The notes under the pieces: generated by a model
Database searches by the model: none
What the model saw: the letters and a program-made list of their open reading frames with translations, nothing else
Told to the model about the DNA's origin: nothing
Shown here: positions 29,976 through 43,207 of the stretch, piece after piece
Layout of the letters: each line of letters starts with the position of its first letter
Numbering within the stretch: position 1 is the stretch's first letter
Translations under genes and position numbers: made by a program
Origin: an uncultured Gemmatimonadales bacterium
GTDB taxonomy: Bacteria; Gemmatimonadota; Gemmatimonadetes; Longimicrobiales; RSA9
NCBI GenBank assembly: GCA_963798845.1
Contig: CAWCUS010000002.1
Location: 480,001-544,000, forward strand
Direction of reading: 5' to 3'
Length of the DNA stretch: 64,000 nucleotides

Positions 29976-31124
29976 ATGAAGGTGGTGGGGCTGATGTCGG
30001 GGACGTCGCTGGACGGTATCGACGCGGCGCTCGTGGATCTCGAGGAGGGTCCGGGCGACGCCCTCCGCTGGCGGCTCGTGGCCTTCGAGACCCGCCCGTT
30101 CACGCCGGCGCGCCGGGAGGAGATCCACGATGCCATGATCGCGGGCAATGCGGCCGCGCTGGCCCGGCTCCACGCCCGTCTGGGCGAATGGTTCGCCGCC
30201 GCGGTGCTGGGCGTCTGCCGGACGGCGGGCGTATCCCCGCGGGAGCTGGACCTGGTGGGGTCGCACGGCCAGACCATGTGGCACGAGCCGCCCCGCGAGG
30301 GTGAGCGCGGCGCCACGCTCCAGCTCGGCTGCCCGGCGACGATCGCCGAGCGCACCGGGGTGGACGTGGTCAGCGACTTCCGCAGCCGCGACGTCGCCGC
30401 GGGGGGCGAGGGCGCTCCGCTGGTTCCGTGGGTGGACCGGCTCCTGTTCGCCGGCGACCGTCCGCGCGTGCTCCAGAACATCGGCGGCATGGCCAACCTC
30501 ACGCTTCTCCCGCCCCACGGCGACGATGGCCCGATCGTCGCGTTCGACACGGGGCCGGGGAACGCGCTCATCGACGCCGCCGTCGCCCTCGCCAGCGGCG
30601 GCGCCGAGGCGTTCGACCGCGACGGCGAGTGGGCGAGAGCCGGGAACGTGGACGGGGCGCTGCTCACGACGCTCCTGGACGACCCGTACTTCCACCGGCC
30701 GCCCCCGAAGTCGACAGGCCGGGAGCGATTCGGACGGCCGCTCGTGGAGCGGCTGGTGGCCGAGCGCCGGCCCGGGCGAAGGGCGGCCTGGGCCGACCTC
30801 GTCGCCACCCTCACCGCACTCACCGCCCGCAGCATCACCGACGCGGTGAGGCGGTGGGCGGACCCGGGTGAGGACGGCGAAGTCGTGGTGACCGGCGGCG
30901 GGAGCCGGAACGCCGCGCTCATGGAGATGATCGCCCGGCAGCTGGCGCCGCTGCCGGTCCGCACGGCGGAGGTGCTGGGCATCCCGACGGAAGCGAAGGA
31001 GGCGGTGTCGTTCGCGGTGCTCGCGTGGGCCCACCGAACCGGTCGGCCGGCCAACGTCCCGGAAGTGACCGGTGCGGCCGGCGCGCGGGTCCTGGGCTCG
31101 CTCACGCCCGCCGGGCCGCGGTGA
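29976..31124 (+). CDS. anmK: Anhydro-N-acetylmuramic acid kinase
   Basis: GLMSGTSLDGID, GSHGQT, DFRSRDVAAGGEGAPL, NIGGMAN, FDTGPGN, KSTGRE. Confidence 0.95.
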   Translation: MKVVGLMSGTSLDGIDAALVDLEEGPGDALRWRLVAFETRPFTPARREEIHDAMIAGNAAALARLHARLGEWFAAAVLGVCRTAGVSPRELDLVGSHGQTMWHEPPREGERGATLQLGCPATIAERTGVDVVSDFRSRDVAAGGEGAPLVPWVDRLLFAGDRPRVLQNIGGMANLTLLPPHGDDGPIVAFDTGPGNALIDAAVALASGGAEAFDRDGEWARAGNVDGALLTTLLDDPYFHRPPPKSTGRERFGRPLVERLVAERRPGRRAAWADLVATLTALTARSITDAVRRWADPGEDGEVVVTGGGSRNAALMEMIARQLAPLPVRTAEVLGIPTEAKEAVSFAVLAWAHRTGRPANVPEVTGAAGARVLGSLTPAGPR

Positions 31125-31226
31125 CGGCGGGTCGTGCGGCGCCGAAGCACCATCCATCCGCGGCACCCGGAGGGCGCGCCGGTGAGGGGACCAGGGGAAC
31201 CGAGGCACGAGCAGGGAGGGGAGCGG

Positions 31227-32723
31227 ATGAGGGACACGGCCAGGCTGTTGTTCCCGGCGATCCGGTGGAGCCGCGACGACGAGTCGTTCGAGGGCTACCG
31301 CGACGCGATCGAGCACGGACTGGCGCTCGGCGTGGGCGGGTTCATCGTGTTCGGCGGCACGGCGGCGGCGGTTCGCGAGCTGACGGCGGAGCTCCGGCAG
31401 CGGAGCCCGCACCCGCTGCTGATCGGGGCGGACCTGGAACGGGGAGCGGGGCAGCAGTTCGCGGGGGCGACGTCGCTGCCGCCGGCGGCAGCACTGGCAG
31501 AGCTGGATGACCTGGTCGTGACGCGGCGGGCCGGCGAGCTGACGGCGAGGGAAGCGCTGGCCATGGGAGTGAACTGGGTGTACGCCCCCGTCGCCGATCT
31601 GGACGTGGAGCCCGAGAACCCGATCGTGGGCAGCCGGTCGTTCGGCGGCGACCCGGACGCGGTGTCGCGCCACGTGAGGGCGTGGATCGAGGGGTGCCGC
31701 GACGGCGGGGCGCTGGCGTGCGCGAAGCACTTCCCGGGACACGGCCGGACCACCACCGACTCCCACCTGGCGCTCCCGCTGGTGCGGGCGGAGGCGGACG
31801 TGCTGGGAGCGGAGGACCTGGCGCCCTTCCGTGCTGCCGTCGAGGCCGGGGTCGACTCCGTGATGACGGCCCACGTGGCGTACCCTGCGCTGGACGCCAG
31901 CGGCGTGGCGGCCACGCTCTCCCGGCCGATCCTGACCGGACTGCTCCGCGGGCGCCTCGGCTTCGATGGCCTGGTGGTCACCGACGCCCTGATCATGGAG
32001 GGCGTGCTGGGCGGTGGCGAGGACGCCGCGACGGCGGAGGCGGACGCGGCGGTGCGGGCGCTGGCGGCCGGCTGTGACGCGCTCCTCTATCCCCGGCACG
32101 TTGACGCGGTGGTGGAAGCGCTGGAGCGGGCGCGGACCGGCGCCGTGCCCGACGGCCGGATCGCCCGGGCGGCGGCCCGGGTGGCGGCCGCGGCAGAGCG
32201 CGTGTCGGAACGCACGGGCGCGCGCGCCGCGGAGACGGACCCGACGCGCCTCTGGGGTCGCGATGGCGACGCCGAGTGGGCGCGAAACGTCGCGCTCCGG
32301 GCGGTGCGCCGCGTGCGCGGGCGCCCCTCCTGCCCGCCGGCGGTGGAAGTGCTGGTCGTGGACGACGACGTGGGCGGCCCGTTCCCGGTCGTGGCGCCGC
32401 GCGGAGAGCTGGCCGCCGGGCTGCGGGCGGCCGGTGTCGACGCCGTCGCCGTGCCCGCCCCGACGGGAAAGCGCCCGGTGCTGGTGGCGCTATTCGCCGA
32501 CATCCGCGGCTTCAAGGGGCGCCCCGGGCTGAGCGAGGCGGCGCTGGAGACGGTGGCCTCCGCCATCGCGGCTCCGCTGGGCGCGACAGTGGTGCTCTTC
32601 GGACCGCCCCGGATCGCGGAGGACGCCCCGGGCGCGCACGTGCTCCTGGCCTGGGGCGGCGAGCCGATCATGCAGCGCGCGGCCGCCGACTGGCTGACGC
32701 GCCACTCCCGCCGCGAGGCCTGA
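31227..32723 (+). CDS. nagZ: GH3 beta-N-acetylhexosaminidase
   Basis: ADLERG, APVADL, KHFPGHGRTTTDSH, VMTAHV, VTDALIM. Confidence 0.85.
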   Translation: MRDTARLLFPAIRWSRDDESFEGYRDAIEHGLALGVGGFIVFGGTAAAVRELTAELRQRSPHPLLIGADLERGAGQQFAGATSLPPAAALAELDDLVVTRRAGELTAREALAMGVNWVYAPVADLDVEPENPIVGSRSFGGDPDAVSRHVRAWIEGCRDGGALACAKHFPGHGRTTTDSHLALPLVRAEADVLGAEDLAPFRAAVEAGVDSVMTAHVAYPALDASGVAATLSRPILTGLLRGRLGFDGLVVTDALIMEGVLGGGEDAATAEADAAVRALAAGCDALLYPRHVDAVVEALERARTGAVPDGRIARAAARVAAAAERVSERTGARAAETDPTRLWGRDGDAEWARNVALRAVRRVRGRPSCPPAVEVLVVDDDVGGPFPVVAPRGELAAGLRAAGVDAVAVPAPTGKRPVLVALFADIRGFKGRPGLSEAALETVASAIAAPLGATVVLFGPPRIAEDAPGAHVLLAWGGEPIMQRAAADWLTRHSRREA

Positions 32724-32729
32724 CCCGCC

Positions 32730-34424
32730 TTGACCGCCAGCCGGCCGCCGATCCCGACGACGGCTCCCGGGTCCGGTCCGCGCAGGCACCGGCTCGTGGT
32801 AGCGGCGGCGGCGCTGGCGCTCCTGCACCTGCTCCTGGCCACGCTGGCCTTCACCGGCACGTTCGACCCGGGCGGCGACAACGCCGCCTACATCGCGCTC
32901 GGTCGCTCGCTGCTCGAGCACGGCCGCTACCTCGAGCTGTGGGACCCGTCGCTCCGACCCCACCTGCAGTACCCGCCCGGCTTTCCGGCCTTCCTGGCCG
33001 CCGCCATGGCGGCCGGGATCCATGGCCGCGCGCTCAACCTGCTGATGCTCCCCGTCTCCGCCCTCGCGGTCGGCCTGAGCGTGATCTGGCTCGGACGGCG
33101 CCGGACCCCGGAGCCCCCGGGCGGCAGCGCGCTCTTCGCCGTGTGGGCACCCGGGCTGGTCCTCGCGCTCGCGCCGGGCGTGCTCGCTCTCTCGCCGCGG
33201 ATCCTCTCCGACGTGCCGTTCTGGGCGGCTGTGATGGCCGCGCTCGTGGCGTTCGAGCGCGACCGTCCCGGCGCGGGGATCGCCCTGTCGCTCGTCGCGC
33301 TGGCGCTGAGGATGGCGGCGCTCCCGCTCGTGGCGGCCGCCGCGCTGTGGCTGGCTTTCGGCCGTCGCTGGCGCGCTGTCGCGGCCATGCTGGTGGCGCT
33401 GGCCGTGGTGGTCGGGCTCTGGTGGCTGCGAGGCCGGGGCGCGGCGGTGCCGTACGTCTCCGAGATGTGGCTGGAGAACCCGTACGTGCCGGAAGGCGCG
33501 CGCATCGGAGCGCTCGGCCTGGTGCGCCGCGTGTCCGAGAATGCGCTCGCCTACGGCGTGGTGCTCCTGCCGCGAACGCTGCTGGGCGTGGAGCGCCCGG
33601 TGGCCGTGGTCGCCGTGGCGATGATGGTCGCGCTGGCGCTCGCCGGGTGGGCGTCGAGGCTGGCGCGCCCCGGCGTCGCGGAGCCGTTCGTGCCACTCTA
33701 CGTGGGGATGCTGCTCGTGTGGCCGCCCGGGTGGGCATCCGACCGCTTCCTCCTCCCCCTGCTCCCCCTGGTGCTGGGGTATGCCGCGGCCGCGGTCCTG
33801 GCCATGCCCTCGCGGCGCGTGCGCATGGTCTGGGCGCTGGCGGGCACCACCATCCTGCTGGCGCTCATGGCGAGGCCGGACGCCGCGCTCCTCCTCGATG
33901 CCGCGGGGTGCCGGACCAGGATCCGCGCCGCCGGGAGCCCGGCGGCGTGCCTGGACCCGGCGCCGCGATCGTTCATCGACCTGGCCCGGTGGTCGCGCGG
34001 CCGGCTCCCGTCCGGGGCGGTGGTGATTTCGCGGAAGCCGCGGCTGTTCTACCACTTCGCCGGCGCGCCCGGCCGGCACTACCCGTTCACGGCCGACCCG
34101 GACAGCCTTCTGGCGGAGGCGGAAGCGCTGAAGGCGAGGTACGTGGTGGTGGACGAGATCGACACGGTCAGTCCCGTGTACCTGCTTCCGGCCGTCCGCC
34201 GCCACGAAGCACGGTTCTGCGAAGTGCACCGCGTGACGGAAGGGGGGTCGTTCGCCATCCTGCTGGGCGTGCTGCCGCCGGGAGAAGCGGCCGCGTCCCC
34301 CACGGAGCTCCCCGCCGCCGGCACGACCGCGCCGCGTCAGGCTCGCAGCAGTGGCACGACCCCGGCCCACCTCCCCGGCGGCGCGCCGCGCCCTTCGTGT
34401 CCTGCCGGCTACCTGGCGTCATAG
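32730..34424 (+). CDS. Polytopic membrane protein, GT-C (ArnT/PMT-like) glycosyltransferase
   Basis: GDNAAYIALGRSL, YPPGFP, ILSDVPF, RFLLPLLP; many TM segments. Confidence 0.7.
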   Translation: MTASRPPIPTTAPGSGPRRHRLVVAAAALALLHLLLATLAFTGTFDPGGDNAAYIALGRSLLEHGRYLELWDPSLRPHLQYPPGFPAFLAAAMAAGIHGRALNLLMLPVSALAVGLSVIWLGRRRTPEPPGGSALFAVWAPGLVLALAPGVLALSPRILSDVPFWAAVMAALVAFERDRPGAGIALSLVALALRMAALPLVAAAALWLAFGRRWRAVAAMLVALAVVVGLWWLRGRGAAVPYVSEMWLENPYVPEGARIGALGLVRRVSENALAYGVVLLPRTLLGVERPVAVVAVAMMVALALAGWASRLARPGVAEPFVPLYVGMLLVWPPGWASDRFLLPLLPLVLGYAAAAVLAMPSRRVRMVWALAGTTILLALMARPDAALLLDAAGCRTRIRAAGSPAACLDPAPRSFIDLARWSRGRLPSGAVVISRKPRLFYHFAGAPGRHYPFTADPDSLLAEAEALKARYVVVDEIDTVSPVYLLPAVRRHEARFCEVHRVTEGGSFAILLGVLPPGEAAASPTELPAAGTTAPRQARSSGTTPAHLPGGAPRPSCPAGYLAS

Positions 34425-34476
34425 CGCGCCCTTCGTGCCCTGCCCGTCACCGGGCGCTCTGGCGCGCCGCCGGCGC

Positions 34477-35163
34477 TCAGTCCTCGTCGTCGTCCCGATC
34501 GCGGCGCTTCTGGGCGTTGCGGTAGAACAGCCCCAGGCCCAGGCCGAACGCGAGGTGCGAGAGGGCGCCCGCGTCCTCGTCCACCGGGGCGGCGAGCGCC
34601 TGGAGCGGGAACTTGATGCCCCGCGTGTCGCGGGCCATCTGCACGAGCCCGCCCTGCGGCGCGGCGGCGACCTCGAGCGCCCCGAAAACGAGGCCCCGGA
34701 AGAGCGGCGGCCCGGGGATGCGCGGATAGAGCAGCGCCGCGTACCCTGCGGCCACGGCAACGCCCGCGGTCAGGCGCGCGAGGAACTCCTCCGGGTCGGC
34801 CGCGAACGGGAGCTCGCCGGGCGCGCCGCCGTCCTCGAGCGTGCGGCCGACGATGTCGGCGAGCGCGGTCGCGGCTACGCCGGCGAGGATCACGCGGGGC
34901 CAGGACACGGGCCGGGGGCGCAGGACGCGGGCGGCGAGCCACGCGGTGGCCGCGCCGGCGAGGGCGGTGCCCATTGCGTCGGCCGCGGAGCCGGCGCCGT
35001 CGTCGTCGTCGTCGAAGGGGTCCCGGTCGAGGTCGTGGACCCGGCCGGTGTCCAGGTCGTACACTGCTGCGGCCGGAGAGCGGCCGGCACCGCCCTTGCC
35101 TCGAAGCTGCGACTCGAGTCCGCCGACGGTGCGGCCAAGCTGATAGAAGTAGTCGCCTAGCAC
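34477..35163 (-). CDS. Hypothetical membrane protein
   Basis: AGGAGG RBS before GTG 35163; hydrophobic segments ending HLAFGLGLGLFY. Confidence 0.7.
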   Translation of the reverse strand: MLGDYFYQLGRTVGGLESQLRGKGGAGRSPAAAVYDLDTGRVHDLDRDPFDDDDDGAGSAADAMGTALAGAATAWLAARVLRPRPVSWPRVILAGVAATALADIVGRTLEDGGAPGELPFAADPEEFLARLTAGVAVAAGYAALLYPRIPGPPLFRGLVFGALEVAAAPQGGLVQMARDTRGIKFPLQALAAPVDEDAGALSHLAFGLGLGLFYRNAQKRRDRDDDED

Positions 35164-35244
35164 GGTGCCTCCTGGATGAGTGCGGCCGTGGAATGGTGGG
35201 TCGCTGGGGGCGCGGGTGCAACCGGCATGCCGGAAGGAGACGGG

Positions 35245-37112
<1,868 letters not shown>

Positions 37113-37116
<4 letters not shown>

Positions 37117-39122
37117 CCCGACGCACCGCGGTCCCCCTCGTCATGGCCCTGAGTGCTGCGTTCGCCGGCTGCGCCACAGGCCCGGCGGGCGCCCCCAGCG
37201 CAGCCGTGCCCACGCCGGGGCCGCACGCCCCATCCCCCGAGCTGCCGCCGATCCCCGACGTGAACGGTCCGCTCGACCTCCAGGTGCAGTTCCCGCCGGA
37301 CTCCGCGCACCTGGCCACGCGCGGCCGCAGCTTCATCTTCGGCTCCACCGGGAACGGCCGCGCCCGCCTCACCATCGACGGGGACTCCGTGCCGGTGGCG
37401 CCGAACGGGGCGTTCCTCGCCTTCGTCCCGGTCCCGGTGCGCGACTCGGTCTACCACCTCCGGGCGACGCTGGGCGACGAGGCCCGCACGCTCGACCTCC
37501 CCGTGTTCCCGCCGCCGCCCCCGGCGTCTCGGAACGCGAGTGCGCTGATCGTGGCCGGCTCCGGCTACCCCGCGGGCGCGTGGGTGGCCCGGCCGGACGA
37601 GCGCGTGGACGCGGGCTTCCGCGCCAGCGCGGGCGGCACCGCCTGGATCGGCTTCCCCGACGGGACGCGCGTACCGCTGGTGGAGGAGCGAGAAGCGGCG
37701 GCATTGGAAGTGAGCGATTTCGGCGTTCAGCCCGGACGGCCGGAACGTGCGGCCGGGGAGTCGGCGCCGACATTGGGACTGTCGTGGTATCGCGGCTTCT
37801 TCGCCGCCCGTCGCCTGGTCAGTCCGGACACGGCGGTGGCGTGGCCGACCCTGACCGGCGAGCCCCGGCCCGCCGCCACGGCACGCACGCTCCCGGGTGC
37901 CCCCGCCGTGGTCCCACCCGCGATGGTCCTCGTGGTCCGGGGCGACACCGTGCGCCGCCCCCTCCCGCTCAACCTCCTCCTCCTGGACCCGGACCGGCCG
38001 CGGGTGGGCAGGGCGATGGATGCGGACCCGCCGGAGCGGAACGGGGACGGGCGCGTCATCGCCCGGCCCGGGCCGGGCGGTGGTCCGTACCACTACACGT
38101 GGCGGAACGGCACGGAGCTGGAGCTGACGGGGGAGCGCAACGGCACGTACCGGGTCCGGCTCACCGACGACCTGAGCGGCTGGACGCCGGCGGGGGACAT
38201 CACGCTCCTCCCGCCGGGGACGCCGCCCCCCGCGTCGCGCGTGGACGTGGTCCGCATGGACCCGCAGCCCGGCTACATCGACGTGCACGTGGCCATGGAC
38301 CGCCGCCTCCCCTACGACGTCACCGAGGGCGACCGCTCCATCTCGCTGCGCGTCTTCGGCGCCACCAGCCGCGTCAACTTCCTCCAGCACGGGCGGCTGG
38401 ACCCGTACGTGATCCGCGGCGAATGGAGCCAGCCCGCCGACCGGCTGTTCCGCCTCGACCTCCACCTGTCCACCATCCCCTGGGGATACGAGACCTTCTG
38501 GGGCTCCGGCGGCGACCTGGTGCTGCGCCTCAAGCGCCCGCCCGCCATCGATCCGGGCCGCCCGCTGGCCGGCCTGGTGGTGGGGGTGGACCCGGGTCAC
38601 GGCGGCGAGGACCGCGCCACCCGCGGGCCCACCGGGCTCACCGAGGCCGACGCCAATCTGGGGATCGCCCTGGCGCTCCGGGACGCGCTCGAGGACGAGG
38701 GCGCGCGCGTGGTCATGACGCGCACGGCCGACGCCACGCTCTCGCTGGTCCAGCGCACGGACCTGGCCCGGTCCGAGAACGTCGACCTGTGGATCAGCGT
38801 CCACAACAACGCGTTCCCGGAAGGGGTGAACCCGTTCGAGAACAACGGCACCAGCGTGTACTACAACCACGTCAACTCGGCCGTGCTCGCGCGCGACGTC
38901 CAGCGCGAGCTCGTGGACGAGCTGGGACTGCGCGACCTCGGCTTCGGTCGCGCCGACCTGCACCAGCCCCGATTCACATGGGCCCCCGCCATCCTCACCG
39001 AGAACATGTTCATGATGATCCCCGCCCAGGAGGCCGCGCTGAAGCGCGAGGACGTCCGCCGCCGCATCGCCGCGGCCCACGTGCGGGGCATCATGGCCTG
39101 GCTGCGCAGCCTCCCCCGATGA
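37113..39122 (+). CDS. N-acetylmuramoyl-L-alanine amidase (Amidase_3), lipoprotein
   Basis: Lipobox FAGC; VDPGHGG, EADANL, SVHNNA, ILTE. Confidence 0.88.
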
Positions 39123-42100
39123 CACGGCGCTTCCCGGCGCTCGCAGCGGGGCTGGCGCTCGCCGGCGCGCTCGCGGTCCTGGCGCGACCCGCCCCTGCCG
39201 CGGCCCAGGACCCGCCGCCGGACGGCGCGTGGCGCACGCTCGACACCGAGCACTTCCGCGTCACCTTCCAGCCACGCCTGGAGCCGCTCGCGAGGGAGGC
39301 GGGGGACGTGGCGGAGCGGGCGTACGAGGTGCTGAGCCGGGAGCTCACGGAGCCGCCGTCGGGGAAGATCGACGTCGTCGTGACGGACTTCGCCGACTTC
39401 ACCAACGGCTTCGCCACGCCCTACACGTCGAACCGCGTCGTGGTGTACGCGCGCCCGGCGATGAGCATGCCGGGGCTCGACTGGGTGCGCGACTGGATGG
39501 AGCTGGTGGTCTCGCACGAGCTGGTGCACGTCTTCCACCTCGACCGGACCGGCCCCGTGGGAAGCGCGCTGCGCACCGTGTTCGGCCGCGTGCCCCTCGA
39601 GTGGCCGCTCTTCCCCGTGGTCGGCACGCCAGGCTGGAACACGGAGGGGCTGGCCACCTACTACGAGTCCCGGCTCACGGGCGCCGGCCGCGTGCTCGGC
39701 AGCTACCACGACATGGTGGTCCGCACCGCCGCCCTCGAGCACCGCATCCCGCCCCTGGACCATGTCAGCGCCCCGAGCCCGGTGTGGCCGGGCGGGAACC
39801 GCAGCTACATCTACGGCGGCGAGCTCATGCAGTGGATCGCCGACCGCTACGGCGTCGACGCCCAGCGCCGGCTCATCCAGGCGACGACGGGGGCGATCCT
39901 CCCGACGTTCATCTTCTTCGACCCGGTCGCCAGCCACGCCCTCGGCGCCTCGTTCCACCACATCTACCGGGACTGGCGGGAGCACGCCACGGCCGCGGCC
40001 CGCGCGCTCGCCGACACCCTGGCGGGGGCCGGGCTGACGCCCATGGACACGCTGGTGCGACGCGGCCCGTACGCGGTCGCGCCCCGTATCTCACCCGACG
40101 GCCAGCGCCTCGCCTTCGCCACCGACGACTACCGCTCCGACCCGGCCACCCGGATCCTCGATCTGGCGACGGGGAGCATCGGCACCCTCTCCCGCCGCAA
40201 CCAGTTCGGCGGCATTCTCGGCCCCGCGAGCTGGATCCCGGACGGTTCGGGCCTGGTCATCGCGCAGCTCGACTACCGCGGGCCCTACCGCCTCTACAGC
40301 GACCTGTGGCACGTCGACCTGTCCGGGCACGAGCGACGCCTCACCCGCGGTCAGCGGCTCGCCAGCCCCGACGTGGCACCGGACGGCCGCCGGATCGCCG
40401 CCATCCAGGATCACGATGGCGGGCTGCGGCTCGTGGTCCACGACGCCGGCACGGGCGCCACCCGCGTGCTGGCGGATGCCGCGCCGGGCGAGGCGTACGA
40501 CGCGCCGCGCTGGAGCCCGGACGGCCGCACCATCGCCGTCGCCCGGCACGCCGGGGGGAGGGAGGACCTGGTGGCAGTGGATGTCGCCAGCGGCCGCATC
40601 ACACCCCTCACCGACGACGACGCCCTCGACCGCTCGCCCGCGTGGTCACCCGACGGACGGTGGCTCCTCTGGTCTTCCGACCGCACCGGGATCAGCGAAA
40701 TCTACGCGCTCGGCTGGGACGCCGGCGCGCCCGCGGGGCCGGTCCGCCGGGTCACCCGCGTCCTCACCGGCGCGTTCGACCCCGAAGTCTCCCGCGACGG
40801 CCACTCCCTCTACCTCTCGGTCTACCACTACGACGGGTGGCACATCGAGCGTGCCGCCCTGGATACCGCCGCCTGGCAGCCAGCGCCGCAGCCCTCGCTG
40901 CGCTTCCGCCGCGGCCTGCTCGCGCCGCCGGCGGCGGCGGTCGCCGAGGCCGCCTCAGCGGACGCCGTCCGGGGCGCGGCCGGCGCCGGCGCATCGCCCG
41001 GCTCCGCTGGCGCGGCCGGGCCGCCGCTCACCAGCGCGGACACCGCCACCGCCCGGCCGTACTCGCCGTGGGCCACCGTCCGGCCGTACTACTGGGTCCC
41101 GTCGTTCGCCACGCTGAGCACCACGTTCGGGAAGGACCTGACGTTCTTCGGCCTGGAGACGCAGGGCTGGGACGTGCTGAAGCGGCACCTGTGGTCGGCG
41201 TGGCTGGCCCGCGACTTCGATACCGGACGGAACCTGGGCAGCGCCGCGTGGACGTACCGCGGCCTCGGCGTCCCGACGCTTTCGGTCAGCGCCTCTCGGG
41301 AGTGGTCGTCGGTGGGCACGCTATACCTGAACGACACCCCCGCCGACGCCGTGCTGCTGCGCGAGGACCGCGCGGCGCTCGGCGCGCTCTTCCTCCGGCG
41401 GAGCTGGCGCCGCGCGGCCTGGCTCGGCGCCACAGCCGACGTCGTGGGGCAGGAGTACCAGGCCCGCGACCTGCGCGTCTACGACGACAGCCTTCCCGCG
41501 CTCCGCACTCGTGCCGGCATCGCCGCGGGGCCGGGCTTCTCCAGCGCCCGCGCCTACCCGATGAGCATAAGCCTCGAGGACGGGGTCACGCTTTCCGGCA
41601 CCGTGGGGCGGTGGTGGCTCACCGACACCGGCGAGAAGGCGTACGACCAGGTCCGCGGCCGCGCCGCCGGCTACCTCGGCCTCCCCCTCGGCGGCTTCGC
41701 CGACCACGTGCTCGCCGCCCGCGCCGCCGGCCTCGTGCGCGTCGGCGACCACGCGCTCCCGACCGGCGTCGGCGGCTACGACGGCATCGGCAGCGCATCC
41801 GACGTGCTCGGCGGCGCGACCGCAAACGACGCGTTCCCTGTCCGCGGCTGGCCCATCGACGCACGCACCGGCACCCGGGCCTGGGCCGCCACCGCCGAGT
41901 ACCGGTTCCCCCTCCACATGCGCGACGCGCCGCCCGCACTCCTCGGCGTCACCCTCACCTCCATCTCGGCCGCCATCTTCGCCGATGCCGGCGACGCCTG
42001 GTGCCCCGCCGGCGACGGCACCCACTTCTGCTCCGCCCCCGACGATGCCCCGCTCGCGTCGGCGGGCGCCGAGATCGCCATCGACCTCGGCCTCCTCCAC

Positions 42101-42196
42101 GGCTCCCCCACCCGCCTCCGCGCCGGCTACGCTCTCCCCCTCGGACCCGACGCCCCGGCGGGCTCGCTCTACCTCGCCCTCGGGCCAGGCTTCTGA
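39119..42196 (+). CDS. Exported protein: HExxH peptidase-like domain, PD40/TolB-like propeller, Omp85-like C-terminal barrel
   Basis: SHELVH...EGLA, repeated PxWSPDG, C-terminal AEYRFP...GAE...F. Confidence 0.8.
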   Translation: MTRRFPALAAGLALAGALAVLARPAPAAAQDPPPDGAWRTLDTEHFRVTFQPRLEPLAREAGDVAERAYEVLSRELTEPPSGKIDVVVTDFADFTNGFATPYTSNRVVVYARPAMSMPGLDWVRDWMELVVSHELVHVFHLDRTGPVGSALRTVFGRVPLEWPLFPVVGTPGWNTEGLATYYESRLTGAGRVLGSYHDMVVRTAALEHRIPPLDHVSAPSPVWPGGNRSYIYGGELMQWIADRYGVDAQRRLIQATTGAILPTFIFFDPVASHALGASFHHIYRDWREHATAAARALADTLAGAGLTPMDTLVRRGPYAVAPRISPDGQRLAFATDDYRSDPATRILDLATGSIGTLSRRNQFGGILGPASWIPDGSGLVIAQLDYRGPYRLYSDLWHVDLSGHERRLTRGQRLASPDVAPDGRRIAAIQDHDGGLRLVVHDAGTGATRVLADAAPGEAYDAPRWSPDGRTIAVARHAGGREDLVAVDVASGRITPLTDDDALDRSPAWSPDGRWLLWSSDRTGISEIYALGWDAGAPAGPVRRVTRVLTGAFDPEVSRDGHSLYLSVYHYDGWHIERAALDTAAWQPAPQPSLRFRRGLLAPPAAAVAEAASADAVRGAAGAGASPGSAGAAGPPLTSADTATARPYSPWATVRPYYWVPSFATLSTTFGKDLTFFGLETQGWDVLKRHLWSAWLARDFDTGRNLGSAAWTYRGLGVPTLSVSASREWSSVGTLYLNDTPADAVLLREDRAALGALFLRRSWRRAAWLGATADVVGQEYQARDLRVYDDSLPALRTRAGIAAGPGFSSARAYPMSISLEDGVTLSGTVGRWWLTDTGEKAYDQVRGRAAGYLGLPLGGFADHVLAARAAGLVRVGDHALPTGVGGYDGIGSASDVLGGATANDAFPVRGWPIDARTGTRAWAATAEYRFPLHMRDAPPALLGVTLTSISAAIFADAGDAWCPAGDGTHFCSAPDDAPLASAGAEIAIDLGLLHGSPTRLRAGYALPLGPDAPAGSLYLALGPGF

Positions 42197-42301
42197 CCCG
42201 CCCGCCCCCGCCCCGGGCCGCCTCGCCGGGCACGATTCCTGTAACACTATCTCTCCGCACGCCAACTATTTAGGTGGATCACACACGAGGGGGAGGGTCA
42301 C

Positions 42302-43051
42302 ATGCCCAAGCGCCCGGACCAGTACCGGATCGACCCCAGCGAGGCCGGTTCGACCGACTACAAGTCCCGACGACAGTCCGAGGAGGGCAACCGACGCGAG
42401 TCGCCCGACCAGCTCCCGGCCAACCAGACGCCATCCGGGACCCCCAACGAGGCCATGGAGGCTTCCCGGCGCGCGTCGCAGGAAGGACGCGAGAAGGAGC
42501 TCGAGCGCGCCCGCCAGGCCCACGAGCGCAACGAGGGGCAGCACGGCAGCCCCGACGAGCGCACTTCTCCCGCCCGCGAAGGGCGTGAGGCGGGCCACGA
42601 TCGCGAGAGGAGTCAGGGTCGCGACGACGACGCCCGCCACCGCACCAGCTCGCGCGGTCACGACCGGTCCGAACGCACCGACCGCGGCACCGCCACGGTC
42701 GGGCCGGACGCGGAGCCCCTGGAACGCGGCCGCTCGCGCACCGAAGGCACCGCCGATGTCGCCGAGCGCTTCGATGCCCCCCGCGGCGACCCCGAGCGTG
42801 AGGCGGAAGAGGCGCACACCCGGGAGGTCCGCGCCGACGCCGAGCGACGACGCGACCTCGAGGCCCCCGTCTCCCCCGAAGAGACCGAGCGCCGCCAGAA
42901 GGCCCACCCCCGCGGCCGCGACCAGGTCCGCGAGCGCAAGCGCCGTGACCGCGAGGAGCTGGGGCGTCTGCCCATGGAGTCCCGCGAGCGCGAGCACCTG
43001 GAAAAGGTCACCCGCCGCCGCGACCGCGAAGCGCGCGAGAACGAACCCTAG
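42302..43051 (+). CDS. Highly charged, probably disordered hypothetical protein
   Basis: GGAGG RBS; R/E-rich ORF with GC-rich third positions. Confidence 0.6.
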   Translation: MPKRPDQYRIDPSEAGSTDYKSRRQSEEGNRRESPDQLPANQTPSGTPNEAMEASRRASQEGREKELERARQAHERNEGQHGSPDERTSPAREGREAGHDRERSQGRDDDARHRTSSRGHDRSERTDRGTATVGPDAEPLERGRSRTEGTADVAERFDAPRGDPEREAEEAHTREVRADAERRRDLEAPVSPEETERRQKAHPRGRDQVRERKRRDREELGRLPMESREREHLEKVTRRRDREARENEP

Positions 43052-43207
43052 CCGAACGCCCGATCCGCCGAACGCCCGAACCGCGCGCTGGTCGCCAGTT
43101 CGGCCGTTCGGCCGTTCGGCCTCCCTCTGTGGACTCTGTGGAAAACGCCCGAACTGCAGGGAAATCCAGCGCCTCCGCGGTGTATAAGTCTGTGCAGAAA
43201 CGGAGGC

